A stretch of 64,000 nt of DNA. Source: the human T2T-CHM13v2.0 reference genome, Homo sapiens. The stretch lies in NCBI RefSeq assembly GCF_009914755.1, contig NC_060935.1, one strand, 5' to 3'. Both the position numbers and the translations under genes were made by a program. How positions within the stretch are numbered: position 1 is the first letter of the stretch; every line of letters begins with the position of its first letter. Shown piece after piece: positions 1 to 14,470 of the stretch. The notes beneath the pieces were generated by a model. The model was not told the origin of the DNA. It made no database searches and worked only from the letters and a program-made list of their open reading frames with translations.

Positions 1-26
1 TTTATTGATTTGTCTTAGCTTTTAAG

Positions 27-241
27 CAGTGGTTCTCAACCAAGGACAATTTTGCAGTGTATGGCAATGTTCTGAAACATTTCTGATTGTCCTTCTTGGC
101 TAGGGGAGGGTAGTTCTACTGTCCCCTAGTGGGTAAAGCTCAAGGATGCTACTAAACATTCTATAATGTGTATAGGACAGCCTTCCACAGCAAAGAATGA
201 TCCATCCAAAATGTCAGTAGTGCTGAGGTTGATAAACCCTG
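27..241 (+). mobile_element. MER20 (hAT-Charlie DNA transposon fossil)
   Basis: Terminal inverted repeats cagtggttctcaacc ... ggttgataaaccctg and MER20-like interior. Confidence 0.85.
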
Positions 242-3129
242 CTTTAAAATTATGCTGTCCTTAAACAGTTCAGATACTCACACAACTTTGATTTTGATTT
301 CTAGTTGGTTGCAAATCAATAATAAAAATCATTATAGCTAATGTTTACATAATCCTTTAAAGTGTATAGCTGAACTTTTGCATACATTATCTCATTAGCT
401 GAGCTGTAAGTTTAGTTTTCTTCCTACTCTACCACAAATGTCTCCTTAATCATAAGATTTATGTAATTATTATTGACATTTATTAGCACATATTTTACAC
501 ATGGATTGTAATTTTAATTTCTCAAGATTTTCGATGGAACTATTAAAATACTTCTGTGAGTTAAATTTTATTACTAGGTCATATTTCAACTCCATTCTTA
601 TGGTTCCTTCACTAGTATGGGTATAACCCTCTAGAACTTGTTGTGGGGAGGTCTGATGTGTATATGTTTTCTTTCTCTTATGATTACCTGAATTTATAGC
701 CCCATCAACTTTCTTCTCTCCCGCATCCCCATCCAGATCCCACATACTCTCACCTCTGTCTAGTAAGGGCAAAATAATTTAGTCTCTTTCCTCTGCTTAT
801 GCAATTCTCACTTTTATAACATTCTCTAAAATATTCTATGTATAGACTGATTTCTAGTAAGACCTAGGAATCCATATTAAGTCATAGGAAGGAATTTTTT
901 TCTACCAAGTTTTAATGAAACTAGTAAGGATAATAAGAAAAATAAATCACCAGGGTACACCCCATTTGTTTGAAGTGTTAAGCACCAAACAGTCAGTGCT
1001 TAATAAAGAAAATTAATATTTTCAGAATTACAAAGGAAAATGCTAAAGCCCTTAGTCATGAAAGAAACATTAAGTTTTCAGTAAGATAAGTGGAAAGGAA
1101 ACAGCCATGAATTGTGAGAATTTATCCTGAAAGGTCACCATAACTTGATGAGACTATAAATGCTTAAGGTTGAGAAGTTGGATTCTTAACTCCGTTACTT
1201 AAAAAAAAACTAAGCATCTACTGTCTTCTTTCAGGCAAATGCCAAGAAATACAGATTTCAGAAAGCTTATAAAACTTTGGCTATTTAGAGAAAATGACAT
1301 CCTTACTGCTTTGAGTAAGCAAACAATTGGTTAACAAAGTGTGATTACCGTAATGCTTACTTGATTCCTTAGGAGAGACTCTCATGTGTGCTCCAGATTG
1401 GTTTGGAGGACTTTGCACAATACAACTCAGGGAGGCGTAATTTACCAAGGCCAAAAGAGTAGGCTTGGCTTTTAAGTATGCCACAGACAATACTTTTTTC
1501 AAATTCTACTACTATGACTTTTTTAACTTTGTGAGATTCTGTATTATAGAAGGAGAAAGAAAGGTCCTCTTGGAAAAATATACTTAGTTTGTGATTCATT
1601 TAAAAAATCAACCATAGCTTTATTTAAGCTTTTATTGCATTCTAGACAAGAATTTCCCCATGCCAGATGCTCTCAAGGCCTTCTCTGTCCATAGTGTTGA
1701 TGGCGTATACAAGTTGTAGCATCCTCAGCTGGTACAAGGTGACCTGTGTTGCCCTACTGGCTTAGTGCATTCAGGACTTTAGTCATCCATTGACTTTCTT
1801 GATTCTTTCCATACGCATTGCTAATAATTTTAAGAAGCCTCATTTTAACAACAACAAAATGTGTAGATAATAGAGGTCAGTTGATTGCAAAGAATCACTG
1901 ATTGCCAAAGCTGGAATAGAACTTATTATTCTCTTTTCTTCCTGTGCCCTTTATAAGTGAACACTTGCTCCACTAATGTTCTTGGTGAATTATTTTTTAA
2001 TTGGTGTCCTTCCTTTTTCAGCTGAATGCAAACTCTTTGTTATCCTTGCCTGTGCCACCACTTTCCTCATTAAACCTTATGGATTTGGGGAAGCAATTGT
2101 GTTGCATTTTTCTCCCGAAAACCTAGTGTTTCCCAGAAGGTTCTAGGATAGAGAATAGTTGAATATAAATATTTTATTTACTAAACTAAAAGATAGTTTG
2201 AGCAAAGATACCCATCAGAGTTAAGATCAGAGTAACTCTGTCTCTGTGTATACTTACATTTTCAAAGTTTCTTAACAAAAGACCCAAGAGTATTATTAGC
2301 TACTTGGGGAAAGGACTAGTTAGCTTCCAAATGGCAAACTCCTAGTTAATTGGTTTGGGATCCAGAGATGGCTTCCTTATAATTCAGTCCCCAGAGAAGC
2401 AAAGGAAGAGCAATAGATGTAGGCCTAGGAGAGAGAACCAAGGCACTACAGGAACAGTGCTGAGGAAAACTTTTCTAGGATTGCTTGGAAGGAAGGAAAA
2501 TGGAGCATACTAGGAGTTTATGCAGCTTCCTGGTCCCTGTTGATTAAGGAAGTCACAAATAAAAGAGTCTTATTTCTTCAGAGGCTTTAGAAATACATAA
2601 TGCTACAGATTCTCTTCTTGCTGTTCTCAATGTTATAAATAGTTTTAAGTTGCTCTCATTTGAAGTGTAAATACCTCTAAAGGGCTAATGGCACCTGTTA
2701 TTTAATTCTTATTGGAACTAGTATATTCAGTTTATTCCTTGTCTACTTCTTGCTGGGTCAGTTGGCTATTTTAGTTAGTGAAAGACATGGAAAAGTCATT
2801 TTAAAATGGAGAACAATAGTCTTAAAAAAGGAAACTATGTGGTAGGTTGATAATCAGTGGGGTGCAGAGATGGAGACACGCAGAAGGACAAAATAAAATT
2901 ATGTTGAGAGAGCACCAAAGGTAAACTTAATGTAGTTAGAATTATTATCCCCTACTCCCGCTTTTTCTCTGTAGCCCAGTATATGAGGATCAGGCTTAAG
3001 GAAGAGCAGAGGCTATTATTCTAGGTATATAGGAAAGGGTTATAAGAGGATCATGGGATGATTGTTTGGGAAAAGGGCAGGATATAACTTTTGTGCTTTC
3101 TAAGGGTATAAAACACTTCCAAAACTTCC

Positions 3130-3740
3130 CTTTTGTAATACTGCAATCACATTTTGTTGCTAACCACCCAGAGTTACTGCAGACTCCACAGGTTCAGGAA
3201 CACAGCCCCCCAAAAAACTGCCCTCAGTTCACATGCTAGCTGCAAGTTTGGAGATCTTCAGACCATCTACACTTTTGACTAACTGGCTACAAATTCTTGG
3301 GTTCGTATGACACCCTCGGGTTCAATAATTAGCTAGAGCGATTCATGGAACTCAGAAAAGCACTATACTCATGATCTTGTAGTTTTATTATGATGGATAA
3401 AAGTCAGGATTAGTCAAATGAAGAGAAACCATAGGGCAAGGTCTGCGGGGAGTCCCCAACACAGAGGTTCTAAGCCCTGTCCTGGTGGAGTCAGGACACC
3501 TTACCTTCCAGGCGCATCCTTGTGTTCATCCACAAGGAAGCTCTACCGGGCTTCAGTTTCCAGAGTTTTTATTGGGGGTTTCATTACCCAAGTAGGCATG
3601 ATTGATGGAATCATTGGCCATGTGGTTTAACTTGATCTCCAATCCTCCTCTCTTTTCTTTAGGTTGGGCTGGCTTAAAGCCCCAGCCCTCTAGTCACAGA
3701 GTTGGTCTTTCTGGTGTCCAACCCCATCCTGGGTCATCTT
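3130..3740. mobile_element. MER21-like LTR fragment
   Basis: Motifs such as cagactccacagg, actgccctcagttcacatgc and gactaactggctacaaat resemble the MER21 consensus. Confidence 0.6.
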
Positions 3741-4388
3741 GATTCCACTACTGAGTATATATCAAAAACGAAGAAACTCAATATATTGAAGAGATATCTG
3801 CACTCTATGTTTATTGCAGCACTATTCACAGTAGCCAAAATATGGAATCAGCCTAACAGTCTATCAGCAGATGAATGGATAAAGAAAATATAGTATAGGT
3901 ACACAATAGAATATTATTCAGCCATTAAAAAAAAAACCTGGAAATCTTGTCATTTGCAGCAATATGGATGGAACTGGAGGTTATTATGTTAACTGAAATA
4001 AACCAAGCCCAGAAAGGCAAATATCACATGTTCTCACTCATATGTGTGAGCTTAAAAAGTAGATCTCATGAAGATAGAGAGTAGATTGGTGGTTACCAAA
4101 GGCTAGGAATGGTGGGATGGGAATAAAGAGAGGTTTATTAATGGGTACAAATGTATACTTAGATGGAAGAAATAAGAGCTGGGTTAGATCATTTGGATGA
4201 CTATAATCAATTGTATATTTCAAAATAGCTAGAAGAGAATAATTCAAATGTTCCTAGCGAAAGAAAAGATAAAGATTTAAGGTTATAAGTATCCCAGTTA
4301 CCCTGATTTGATTATATGAATGTACCAAATTATCACGTGTACCCTGAAAACTTGTACATTTAATATGTATCAGTTTTAAAAATAAAAA
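3741..4388 (+). mobile_element. L1MA 3' fragment (sense to the gene)
   Basis: ORF2-end remnant MFIAALFTVAKIWNQP, L1MA 3'UTR, A-rich end. Confidence 0.85.
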
Positions 4389-4519
4389 CACAGATGTGAT
4401 CCAAGGGCCTGCCATGAATAAGAAAGACACTGTTATCAGGAAATTCCAGTGGTTTAAAACCTCCATCCTATTAACAAAGATCAGACAAAATGTTAACTGT
4501 ACAGTACCTTTTCTTTCCT

Positions 4520-5620
4520 TTTTTTTGATTGATTCATTCAATCAACCGTATACTAATTCATTAAACAAGTAAAATTCCAGAGCTATAACAGTAGACAAAA
4601 CAGACACTGTTTCTGCTTTTCTGGAAGATAGCCATCGAACAAGTAGTGGGAACGTGTTGCATGTAATGAAGGAGAATGTTACTGGGAAAGCTAAGGGTGT
4701 CACAGATAGTATCCCTGAGAAAGTCATTTAAGTGGAAACCTGAAGGCTGAATAATACTGGGAGAATAGACATGGGAAGGGTTTCCAGGTGGAGGAAACGG
4801 CATGTACAAAAGGCCTGATGTGAATATTCTTAGTGTGTCAGTAGAACTGACAAAAGCCCTGTGAATCTGGAGCAAGGGTTTCAAAGGGGACAGTAACAAA
4901 AGATGATTCTGGAGATTAAGCAGACCCAGATCATGAAAGTCTGAGAAAACCAAGACAATAAGTTTAGACTTCATTGGAAGTACAATGGGAAACCATTTTA
5001 GAATTGTAAGCGTGACTTGACAACATATTAGAATTTTAGAGAGATCTTTCTGACTCCCACATAGAATAAGACAAGAATTGATAGGAGGAGGCCAGTAAGA
5101 CTATTTCAGAAGTGAGACATAAGATGATGAATGTTTACATTAGGAGGATAGCAGAAGTGAACTGACAAAGAGAGGTGTTTAGGAAATAGAAATAGGACCA
5201 ATTTCTGATGAGGGTCCTCATCGGAGGTCTTGAGTAAAGAAGAAGAAGAATGGTTTTGTGTTTTTTAAGTCATTATTGCCGACATGCATTGAGCACTCTT
5301 TCATGCCAGCCACCATGCTAATGAATTTCATTTAATCCTCTACAACCCTATAAGGTAGATATTGATATTTCTATGCCCATTTTACAGACAAGAAACAGTT
5401 ACAGAGTTAGACATCATCCAGAATTAGACGACTAGCAGTTAGCAACTTCCAGGTTCTGACATGAGCAACAGGGTACCATTTCCCCAAGACAAGAAACCCT
5501 GGATCAGGAGCAAAGTCTGTTGAGAAAAATGATGATTTCACTTTGGGATATGTTAAGCTTAAGAGGGTGGTGAGAAAGCCATGTAGGAATTCAAGTAGTT
5601 GGGTCGCTGGGCACACATGC
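4520..5620 (-). mobile_element. Degenerate L2 with a MIR-like piece (~5270-5420)
   Basis: attcattcaatcaa L2 tail (reverse strand); tttaatcctctacaaccct...cccattttacaga MIR core. Confidence 0.5.
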
Positions 5621-6893
5621 CCTTCCTTGCTAGAAGGGAACCTTCTTTGTGTTAAATGTTGAAGAAGCCTGGTGTAGACAATCATGGCAAAGAGAATAGG
5701 TGCATGGATTTTTTTTTTTTTTTTAATGTGCTAGGAGACTCATCAGGAACATTATCAGACTAAGTATAGTGCCTTGTAGTTCCATTAGGTATGTTGGCTG
5801 AGATTGGATTTGTAAAGTGAGCATAGGACTTCTAGAATTCATATTTATTTCTGTTTACTTGAAAACCACTCACTAATGGTATTAATTAAAGCAGAACCTT
5901 TTACTTAAAACTGGGTAATTAGCTCTGTTATTTCAGAAATGTAAATAGAACTGTAAGTCATGAAATTGGTGAATGTTCTTCCCACCAGCTAACATTTAAC
6001 TACCAACCTCATGTCATCTTTCTTCATTCCCTCTTCCAATTTTATGTATAGCAAATCTTACCTAGTTTTGTAATGAAGATCACATAGCAATTTATAATTA
6101 AACAGTGGAAGTGAAATGTTCTGTTGTGTTGCTTCTGATTCAGTCTTAATTTTTCAATTTCTGATTAAAGCACTGCAAATTTAAAGTCTTGTAAACTCTC
6201 TTTTATTTGGAAATTGCTACTCACAAATGTATGAAAACTGTAAAGTTTGCAAAATGTTTTACATGGTGTTCCAAATATCATCTGTCAGAGTATGAACATG
6301 TGCTAGCTAAAGCAATATGTTAAATAAGGCAAAGATGGAATTTACTTTGCATCACTTTCCAAACTCTCTCTATAGGCTGTAAGAGTGGATCTAATTGAAT
6401 GAAATAAAGAGGGTAGAGGAGCAATTAGGAGAAATTTAATCAGTATAAATAGCAGCAGCTCTGGTTAATGGATGTCCAGAGTCCACTCTCTCAGAAGGAT
6501 CTCTCCACTTTGATTCTGGTCATACGTAATAAAAGTAGGGTACTTTGGGCTTGGGCACAAAACAGGAGTTTGATAAATTTTTGTTGAATAAATGACCATA
6601 CAACAATAACAACTCTTCCTCTTCCATTTATTAACATATTACTACGTCCCAGGCATTGGGTTAAAGATTTTATGTATATGATCTCATTTAATTCTTAAAT
6701 TACTATCCCCATTTTATGTCAAAGGACAATGAGGCAATCACTAGTTTCTTGTTAGGAGCTGGTAGTAGTGGAGCTGGGACTGAAACCTGGTTCTGTTAGG
6801 ACTCTGGGGTCTGTATTCTTTTAGCTCAAAAATTTAAGACAGGAAGTTTCCCCCACTTTTGGTATATACACTGTTACTAAAGTATACATTTTA

Positions 6894-7272
<379 letters not shown>

Positions 7273-7781
7273 ATGTCTTTTTATTAACTCTAAGTGCTGG
7301 AACTGGATTAGCATTTATAACCACAAATGTTAGTGAAATATAAACTTTTTCTCCTTTGATACAATGAGAAGGAAACAGGAGGGGTTACTTTGCATTATTT
7401 GATGTATGTCGGGAAGCCCGGCCATTAGGCAACATATTTTTAAACCACCTTAATTTCCTATATCTCTGATTAATCTGGAAAAAGAAACAGGTTGAAGGTG
7501 ATCTGTAGGGGGTTACCCGTATCTGTTAGAATTGTTTGTTCAAATGGATTTTTAATTTCTAGTAATTTATTGTTGTTTGCTCCTCTCTCACGCCTAACCC
7601 AGATACCAAAAATCTAATTTTCTGATGACATCATTATATCTCTATAGCAGCTGGCTTTGAGAGAGGATTCTAAGTTCAGTGAGATCAGCAGCAAACGAAC
7701 TTAGAAGAAACAGAAATCTTGTAAATATTCTTTTTTTAAGAGCATAAAATTTGGAAATGATTTTAAAGCAGTATAATTTAG

Positions 7782-7785
<4 letters not shown>

Positions 7786-7812
<27 letters not shown>
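7786..7812. repeat. (TA)n microsatellite
   Basis: Direct read. Confidence 0.9.
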
Positions 7813-7818
<6 letters not shown>

Positions 7819-8989
7819 CAGAATTATTCCGTGGATTTTCTGTGTCTTTAAAATGCAACACATAATGATATTAGTGTTTTCTGAGGTTCTGGATGGGGGC
7901 CGAGGAGAGCGTAGCTAAGCATGGCCTATGTCAGTTCTTCTCTGCAAGGATCAACTCTTAAGAGGATGGCTCCTCTGCCCTCCACCACCTTTTCTTTCCA
8001 CTTCCTTTGGCATTATTCTTGGTCTGTTTTCACCTCTGTTCTCTGCCTGCCTCATCTCTTTTATTGAGCGCTTCCCAGTCTTAGACCTCTAGTCAGAAAC
8101 CAATGGGAAAGATTTTGTTACTGTCCAGCACCCTACAGTGACTGGGATGGTGGTGGGAATTCCATGATGACATAGATATCTGTTGTTTCCTGAGAGACAT
8201 CATGTGTTGTTACACAATAAAAAGGTTTTTCACTGAAAAAAATGTTTAAATCTGTCTCTAGTGCCTCACTTCAAGAATTCAAGAAAACTCACTAATAAAC
8301 ATGTTTAATGCTAATTTAAGATGCGACCATTTAGAAGGGATCTTCAACTATCTGAATAATGTTGGAGCAACATGTGCCATTGTTTGGTTTGGCGAATCCT
8401 ATAATGAATCCTGTAATATGTAAAGATGGCATTGCGTGCACCCATTCTTAATGAGATTATATTATAATGGGAGTATTTCCATCCTTCACTCCTACTCAAA
8501 GCCTGTTCTTTCTCTTCCTTTTGCAATTCCCTGAAAGCTTTCTGCCTGCTGTTAGGTTATTGCTGCCACCTGACGTCTCAAAATAAAATTGCCGTGGGTT
8601 TGCTTTTCCAAAAGATTCGCACTATTCTGCATTTTATGGAAATAACTATTTGAGAGCAACAGTTTTTTCTCTATACTCCTAAATAAGAGCATTCTGAAGT
8701 GATTACTTATGGTGGGGAGATTATGGGTATCATTCATTCCACAAGCAAAAGGTGGAACTAATAGTACAGGAGGGAATGTAGGAGTCCTAATCCCTAGAAT
8801 AGGACAAATCGCCATTGTGACCTTGGTGTGTACTTCACCTCATAAAATTGGACTCAGTGCTCTTAACAGCCTTATTCCAGCTTTAACATTGTTTTATTGT
8901 GTGTACTTTTATTTATGAAAACATAGCCCTTCTCCGTGATACTATTTACTTTTTTGGACTAAAGTTCTCAGTGTTGAACAGGTTTTCTC

Positions 8990-10130
8990 TCTTTTTTTTA
9001 ACAGATACATAATATTTCTACATATTTATAGGATACATGTGATATTTTATTACATGCATAGGATGTGTAATGATCATGTCAGGGTGGCTGAAGTATCTGT
9101 CACTTTGAGTATCATTTCTATGTGTTGGGAACATTAAAAGACCTCTCTTCTAGCCATTTTGAAATATACAATACATTGTTGTTAACTATAGTCACCCTAC
9201 TCTGCTATTGAACATTAGAACTTATTCCTTCTATCTAACTATATGTACCCACTAACCATCCTCTCTTCATCCCTCACCCACCCACACACACCTGCCCCAC
9301 CTTCTGGTATCTATTATTCTACTCTCTACCTCCATGAGACCAACTTTTTTAGCTCCTACATATGAATGAGAACATGCAATATTTGTCTTTCTGTGCCTGG
9401 CTTATCTCACTTAACACAGTGACCTCCAGTTCCATCCATGTTGCTATAAATTACAGGATTTTATTCTTTTCATGGCCAAATAGTATTTTATTGTGTATAT
9501 ATACTAAATTTTTCTTTATCTATTTATTTGTTGATGGACACTTAAGTCAATTCCTTATCTTTGCTATTGTGAATGATGCTGCAATAAACACGGGGGTGCA
9601 GGTATCTATTTGATATACTGATTTATTTTCCTTTGGATAAATACTAGTAGTGGGATTGTTGGATCATGTGATAGTTCTATTTTTAATATTTTGAGAAACC
9701 TCCATACTGTTTTCCACAGTGGCTATACTAATTTACATTCCCACCAACAGTGGATAAGAATTCTGCTTTCTCTGCGTCCTTGCCAGCATCTGTTATTTTT
9801 TGGCTTTTTAATAACAGCTACTCTAACTGGGGTAAGATGATATCTCATTGTCATTTTGATTCAGATTTCTGTGATGATTGGTGATGAGCATTTTTTCATT
9901 TATCTGCTGGCCATTTGTATGTCTTCTTTTGAGAAATATCTATCCATATCCTCAGCCCACTTTTTAATAAGTTTTCTTGTTTTTTAAACTATTCAGTTGT
10001 TTGAGTTCTTTGTATATTCTAGATATTAGTCTCTTGTCAGATGGATAGTTTGCAAATATATTCTTCCATTCAACAGGTAGTCTCTTCACTCTGTTGATTA
10101 TTTCCTTTGCTGTGCAGATGCTTTTTGGTT
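8990..10130 (-). mobile_element. L1MA 3' fragment
   Basis: Reverse-strand L1MA 3'UTR and ORF2 end (gagaacatgcaatatttgtctttctgtgcctggctta). Confidence 0.85.
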
Positions 10131-10203
10131 GAATATGTTTTCTTATAGAGCTATGTTAAATAGATGTTCACATTTTCATTGTGTGAATAAATAGCTTTGA
10201 TAG

Positions 10204-10550
<347 letters not shown>

Positions 10551-11619
10551 ACTCTCTATTGTTAATACAGTCATAACCAGAATAACACTTCTCTGCTTGC
10601 TTAGTTATTCAGGGACTTCCTTTGCTTAACTTTGTACTTATAGTACATGTAAAGATTACAAAGTCAACTGTGCTGCTTGCAAAGTTCCTAGATTTTTTTT
10701 AAAAAAAATGAAATCTGGATTTTAAAAGATTTATAATTACACTGTTCAATTTTCCTTTGCATTTTGAAATATAGCATTAATATTCCCATAGGCTAGAGGG
10801 AAATCTGAAGAAAGTTTTCTTGATATGAAGAGTGAAGGGAGATAGTTCACTGTACTTCATGAAATTTTTTTTAATTCTGATGAATATTACAACTTGGCAA
10901 AGCCTTTCCTGGAAGATTCTGTTATCTTAAACTGATATAAAGAATATTTTGTTTATGTGCAATATTTTAACAGATATTTTGGGTTTTGCTGTTTCTTTTA
11001 GTCATATTCTAAATTATTCATCCTTTGTAATTCTGTAGGTGGTTAAAGCAAAGTCAAGTGAACATAAAGCCTTACCTTCAACTAGTTTTGGCCTAATTGT
11101 TTACAGATCTTTTATAGAATTGACTCTTGGGATGCCTGGTGGGTGGAGAACCTATTGAATAAAATAAAAATGGATCTGGACCTGCTGTTATTAATTATGT
11201 TTAGATACTATCCCTATTCAGATGAGTATGAATCCTAATTAAATAAAGTTTGCTTTGTCATTGTCTTTTGCTTACATTTCTTCTGACAGGTTTCAGTGGT
11301 ATTGTTGTAAAATCTTGCAACTTACAGCCTCAAGTGATTGGCTTATAATTAAATATAAAACCCTTACTGAGTTCCTTTGAACTATTAATTTTGTTAGACT
11401 ATTGAAAAGTTATTATTACTAATATCAGGTTTATATGGCATAATTCCTTATAAGCTGTAGCAGACTGATCATAATGTCATCATCTTCTTGCAACTGAAAC
11501 TTCTCTTTTTTAAATACTTCATAATTTTATTAAACATTGTTATGAGATGTTTGTTTATTATTCAGTTATTATGATTTTTTTTTTTCTGAGTTGAATACTG
11601 GATAAAGGTGTGTGAAGGT

Positions 11620-11800
11620 TTTAACATAGTGGTTAAAAGCCTAGTCTCTGAAGTCAAATTTCACGAGTTTGAATCCCGGCATACTTTGCTCTATCACCGG
11701 GCAATTTTTTTAACTGCTGTGAACTTCAGTTTCCTAATATGTAAGAGGAAAATAATAATAGGAACTACCTAATAGGGTTGTTGTGATGATTAAGTGTAGA
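11620..11800 (+). mobile_element. MIR
   Basis: gtttgaatccc...cttcagtttcc...taatagggttgttgtgatgattaa core. Confidence 0.6.
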
Positions 11801-12846
11801 TAGGCAGATAGATAGATCATCTATCTCATGAGTTATTTATTTAGTTAAAATAAATTCTAAGATATTTTATTCATTGATTGATTCCTGCAAATGTTCTTTG
11901 TTCTGGGATTGTCTTTGTCTTTCCAGGGCTGGGGAAAACCATAGGATATTTGAGTATTAAAATCTTATATCTAAATATATATAGGTTTATTCATATCTTG
12001 TCAATTGTCTTGTAGCCCCAACTTTAAGTTAGGTGATTGGGAAGGTAAGGGGGTGTGGTATAAGGAAAATTAAGATATGACCTCAACTTTTGATAGATGG
12101 TTTATTGGAGACATTTAGTCTGACCCACTCCCTTGGCCACCAGAAAGAAGCCTTCCCTCACTTTCCAGTTGAAGTCAGGCTCTGCAGGAAAGGCTCCCAT
12201 GGCACTCTGTTCTGTCATGAAATAATTGTTTGTTTCTTTCTTTTCCTACTAGATTGTATGCTCCGTGATACCAACATTTTTTCCCCACTTTTTAAAGTTC
12301 CTAGCACATGTCTTACTCAAAAGTGTATGGCACATATTTTTTGAGTTATTAAATGAGCTCTCATTCTGGAGCGGAACAAAATGCGATGCATATTGTACAT
12401 GACTTATCCCAAATCACATGTTTTCTGAAAACTGTTATAACTAGAACTCAAGTTTTCAGTATCCTGGACCACGGTACTCTCCACTCTTTCTACTGCACTA
12501 TGAAAATTTAAGGTCTGGAGAAGAGTTAAGTAATATCTCCAAATAACAGTATGATAGAGGCAGAATATACATATCCCAAAGGGCTATGGAAAGTGAGAGG
12601 CAAGTATAAGTTCTGTCAGTTGCTGGATGGTAGGTACAGGAAGGTTTAATGAAGGAAGAGACATTTAAGTTGGACTTTTAAGGATAGATTTCGGACAGAA
12701 AGGTGTGGAAAAGGTTATGCTAGCCATAAACAGCATTTTATATAATTATATATATCATATTAGTCTTGATATCTTTAATGTCATTATTTTAACAAATCTT
12801 TAAAATATGCATATGTTACTCAGCTAATCATCTTGTTCTATTTCAG

Positions 12847-12911
12847 TGAACAACGTGGGAATGTCGTATGAGTATCCTGAATACTTTTTGGATGTTCCTG
12901 ACTTGGACAAT
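12847..12911 (+). CDS. HSD17B12: HSD17B12 coding exon (probably exon 5), (V)NNVGMSYEYPEYFLDVPDLDN
   Basis: tttcag| acceptor and AAT|gtaagt donor; 65 nt; translation matches recalled human HSD17B12 and the SDR NNxG motif. Confidence 0.97.
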
Positions 12912-13756
12912 GTAAGTCTTTCTTTGTGTATTATGGTAACAAAAATAATGCATGCAGGTATTGGTATAATGATTCACACTATGACACTGGAGTCCAGCTG
13001 CCTGTGGTTCACACGCTGGCTCTTCTGTTTACTACCTGAGTTCCCTGGGTATGGGCCTAGCCATACTTAGTCTCAGTTTCCTTGCTCATAAAATGGGCAG
13101 CTTCATAGGGGTATTAGAAAGATAGAATGAGAAAATATTTATAACCTCACTTATACAGTGCCAGATTCAATAATAGCTCTAGTTTTGTTATTACTCTTAT
13201 TTTTGTTTGTGTTATATCAAAATAGCTCTGTTGTAAGTTTTATGATTCTAAACATCAACTTAAAAATTGTAAGTATGTTAATATACAGCAACGTGGTTGA
13301 TTCAGGTAAACCAGCTCTACCAAAATGAAAGTGACATCCTTGATGCATGCATAATCCTTTACTGAAAACGAGAAAAGCATATCATTGAAGGACTATGTAA
13401 AATTTTAAAAATTATTGAAAATCCTAGGTTCAGTAATTTCTATGCTCCATACTAGCAGAAAGGAAATTGCAAAGTGTTCTATTTATTTTAGATTTAATGT
13501 GTCTTTTTACTTCCAGATTTTACTTGCACATACACTTTGGATTCTGCATGTTAGCATCAATTATCACCTTAGTTAGGAAAATATAACACGGAGAGTAAAA
13601 TGAAATCTGCCTCTCTACCCCAACTCTTGTCATTTTTCCAAAATCTCTGCAATATCTGGGGAAATGTTCAATGCTTCTCTAGATTACCTAAGTAGATATC
13701 TAATAGGGTCACTTTCATGATCAAGTGTATATAAAATTCTCAATATTTTTTTGCAG

Positions 13757-13801
13757 GTGATCAAGAAAATGATAAATATTAATATTCTTTCTGTTTGTAA
13801 G
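13757..13801 (+). CDS. HSD17B12: HSD17B12 coding exon (probably exon 6), VIKKMININILSVCK
   Basis: tttttttgcag| acceptor, AAG|gtaagc donor; 45 nt, phase 0-0, continues the frame. Confidence 0.97.
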
Positions 13802-14004
13802 GTAAGCATCCTTGTTATAAAGATGTCATCCTTTTTTGGTTCCTTCTATTCAAAAACACTGACATAATCAGCTTGTTCACCTGAGTCTACTCTTGTTTAG
13901 ATGCAGATACATGTATTCCAGATACAAGTGGTCTATTAACTTATTTCTTCAGAAAACATAAAGAACTGAAGACCAAGCAGGTGCCTGTATTATTTGACTT
14001 TTCA

Positions 14005-14439
14005 TTTATTTTTATTTTATTTAATTATTTAATTTTTTATTTCCATAGGTTATTGGGGAACAGGTGGTGTTTGGTTACATGAGTAAGTTCTTTAGTTGTG
14101 ATTTGTGAGATTTTGGTGCACCCATCACTCAAGCAGTATACTCTGCACACAATTTGTAGTCTTTTATCCCTTACCCTCTTCCACCCTTTTCCTGAGTCCC
14201 CGAAGTCCATTGTATCATTCTTATGCCTTTGCATCCTCGTAGCTTAGTTCCCACTTATAAGTGAGAACACAGGATGTTGGTTTTCCATTCCTGAGTTACA
14301 TCACTTAGAATAATAGTCTCCAGTCTCATCCAGGTTGCTACAAATGCCATTAATTAATTCCTTTTTATGACTGAGTAGTATTCCATCATATATATCTATA
14401 TCTATATCTATATCTATATCTATATCTATATCTATATCT

Positions 14440-14470
<31 letters not shown>

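Noticed and set aside
4381-4386. AATAAA at the end of the sense L1MA as a premature polyA site
   Set aside because: AATAAA is common in this AT-rich intron and there is no clear downstream element.
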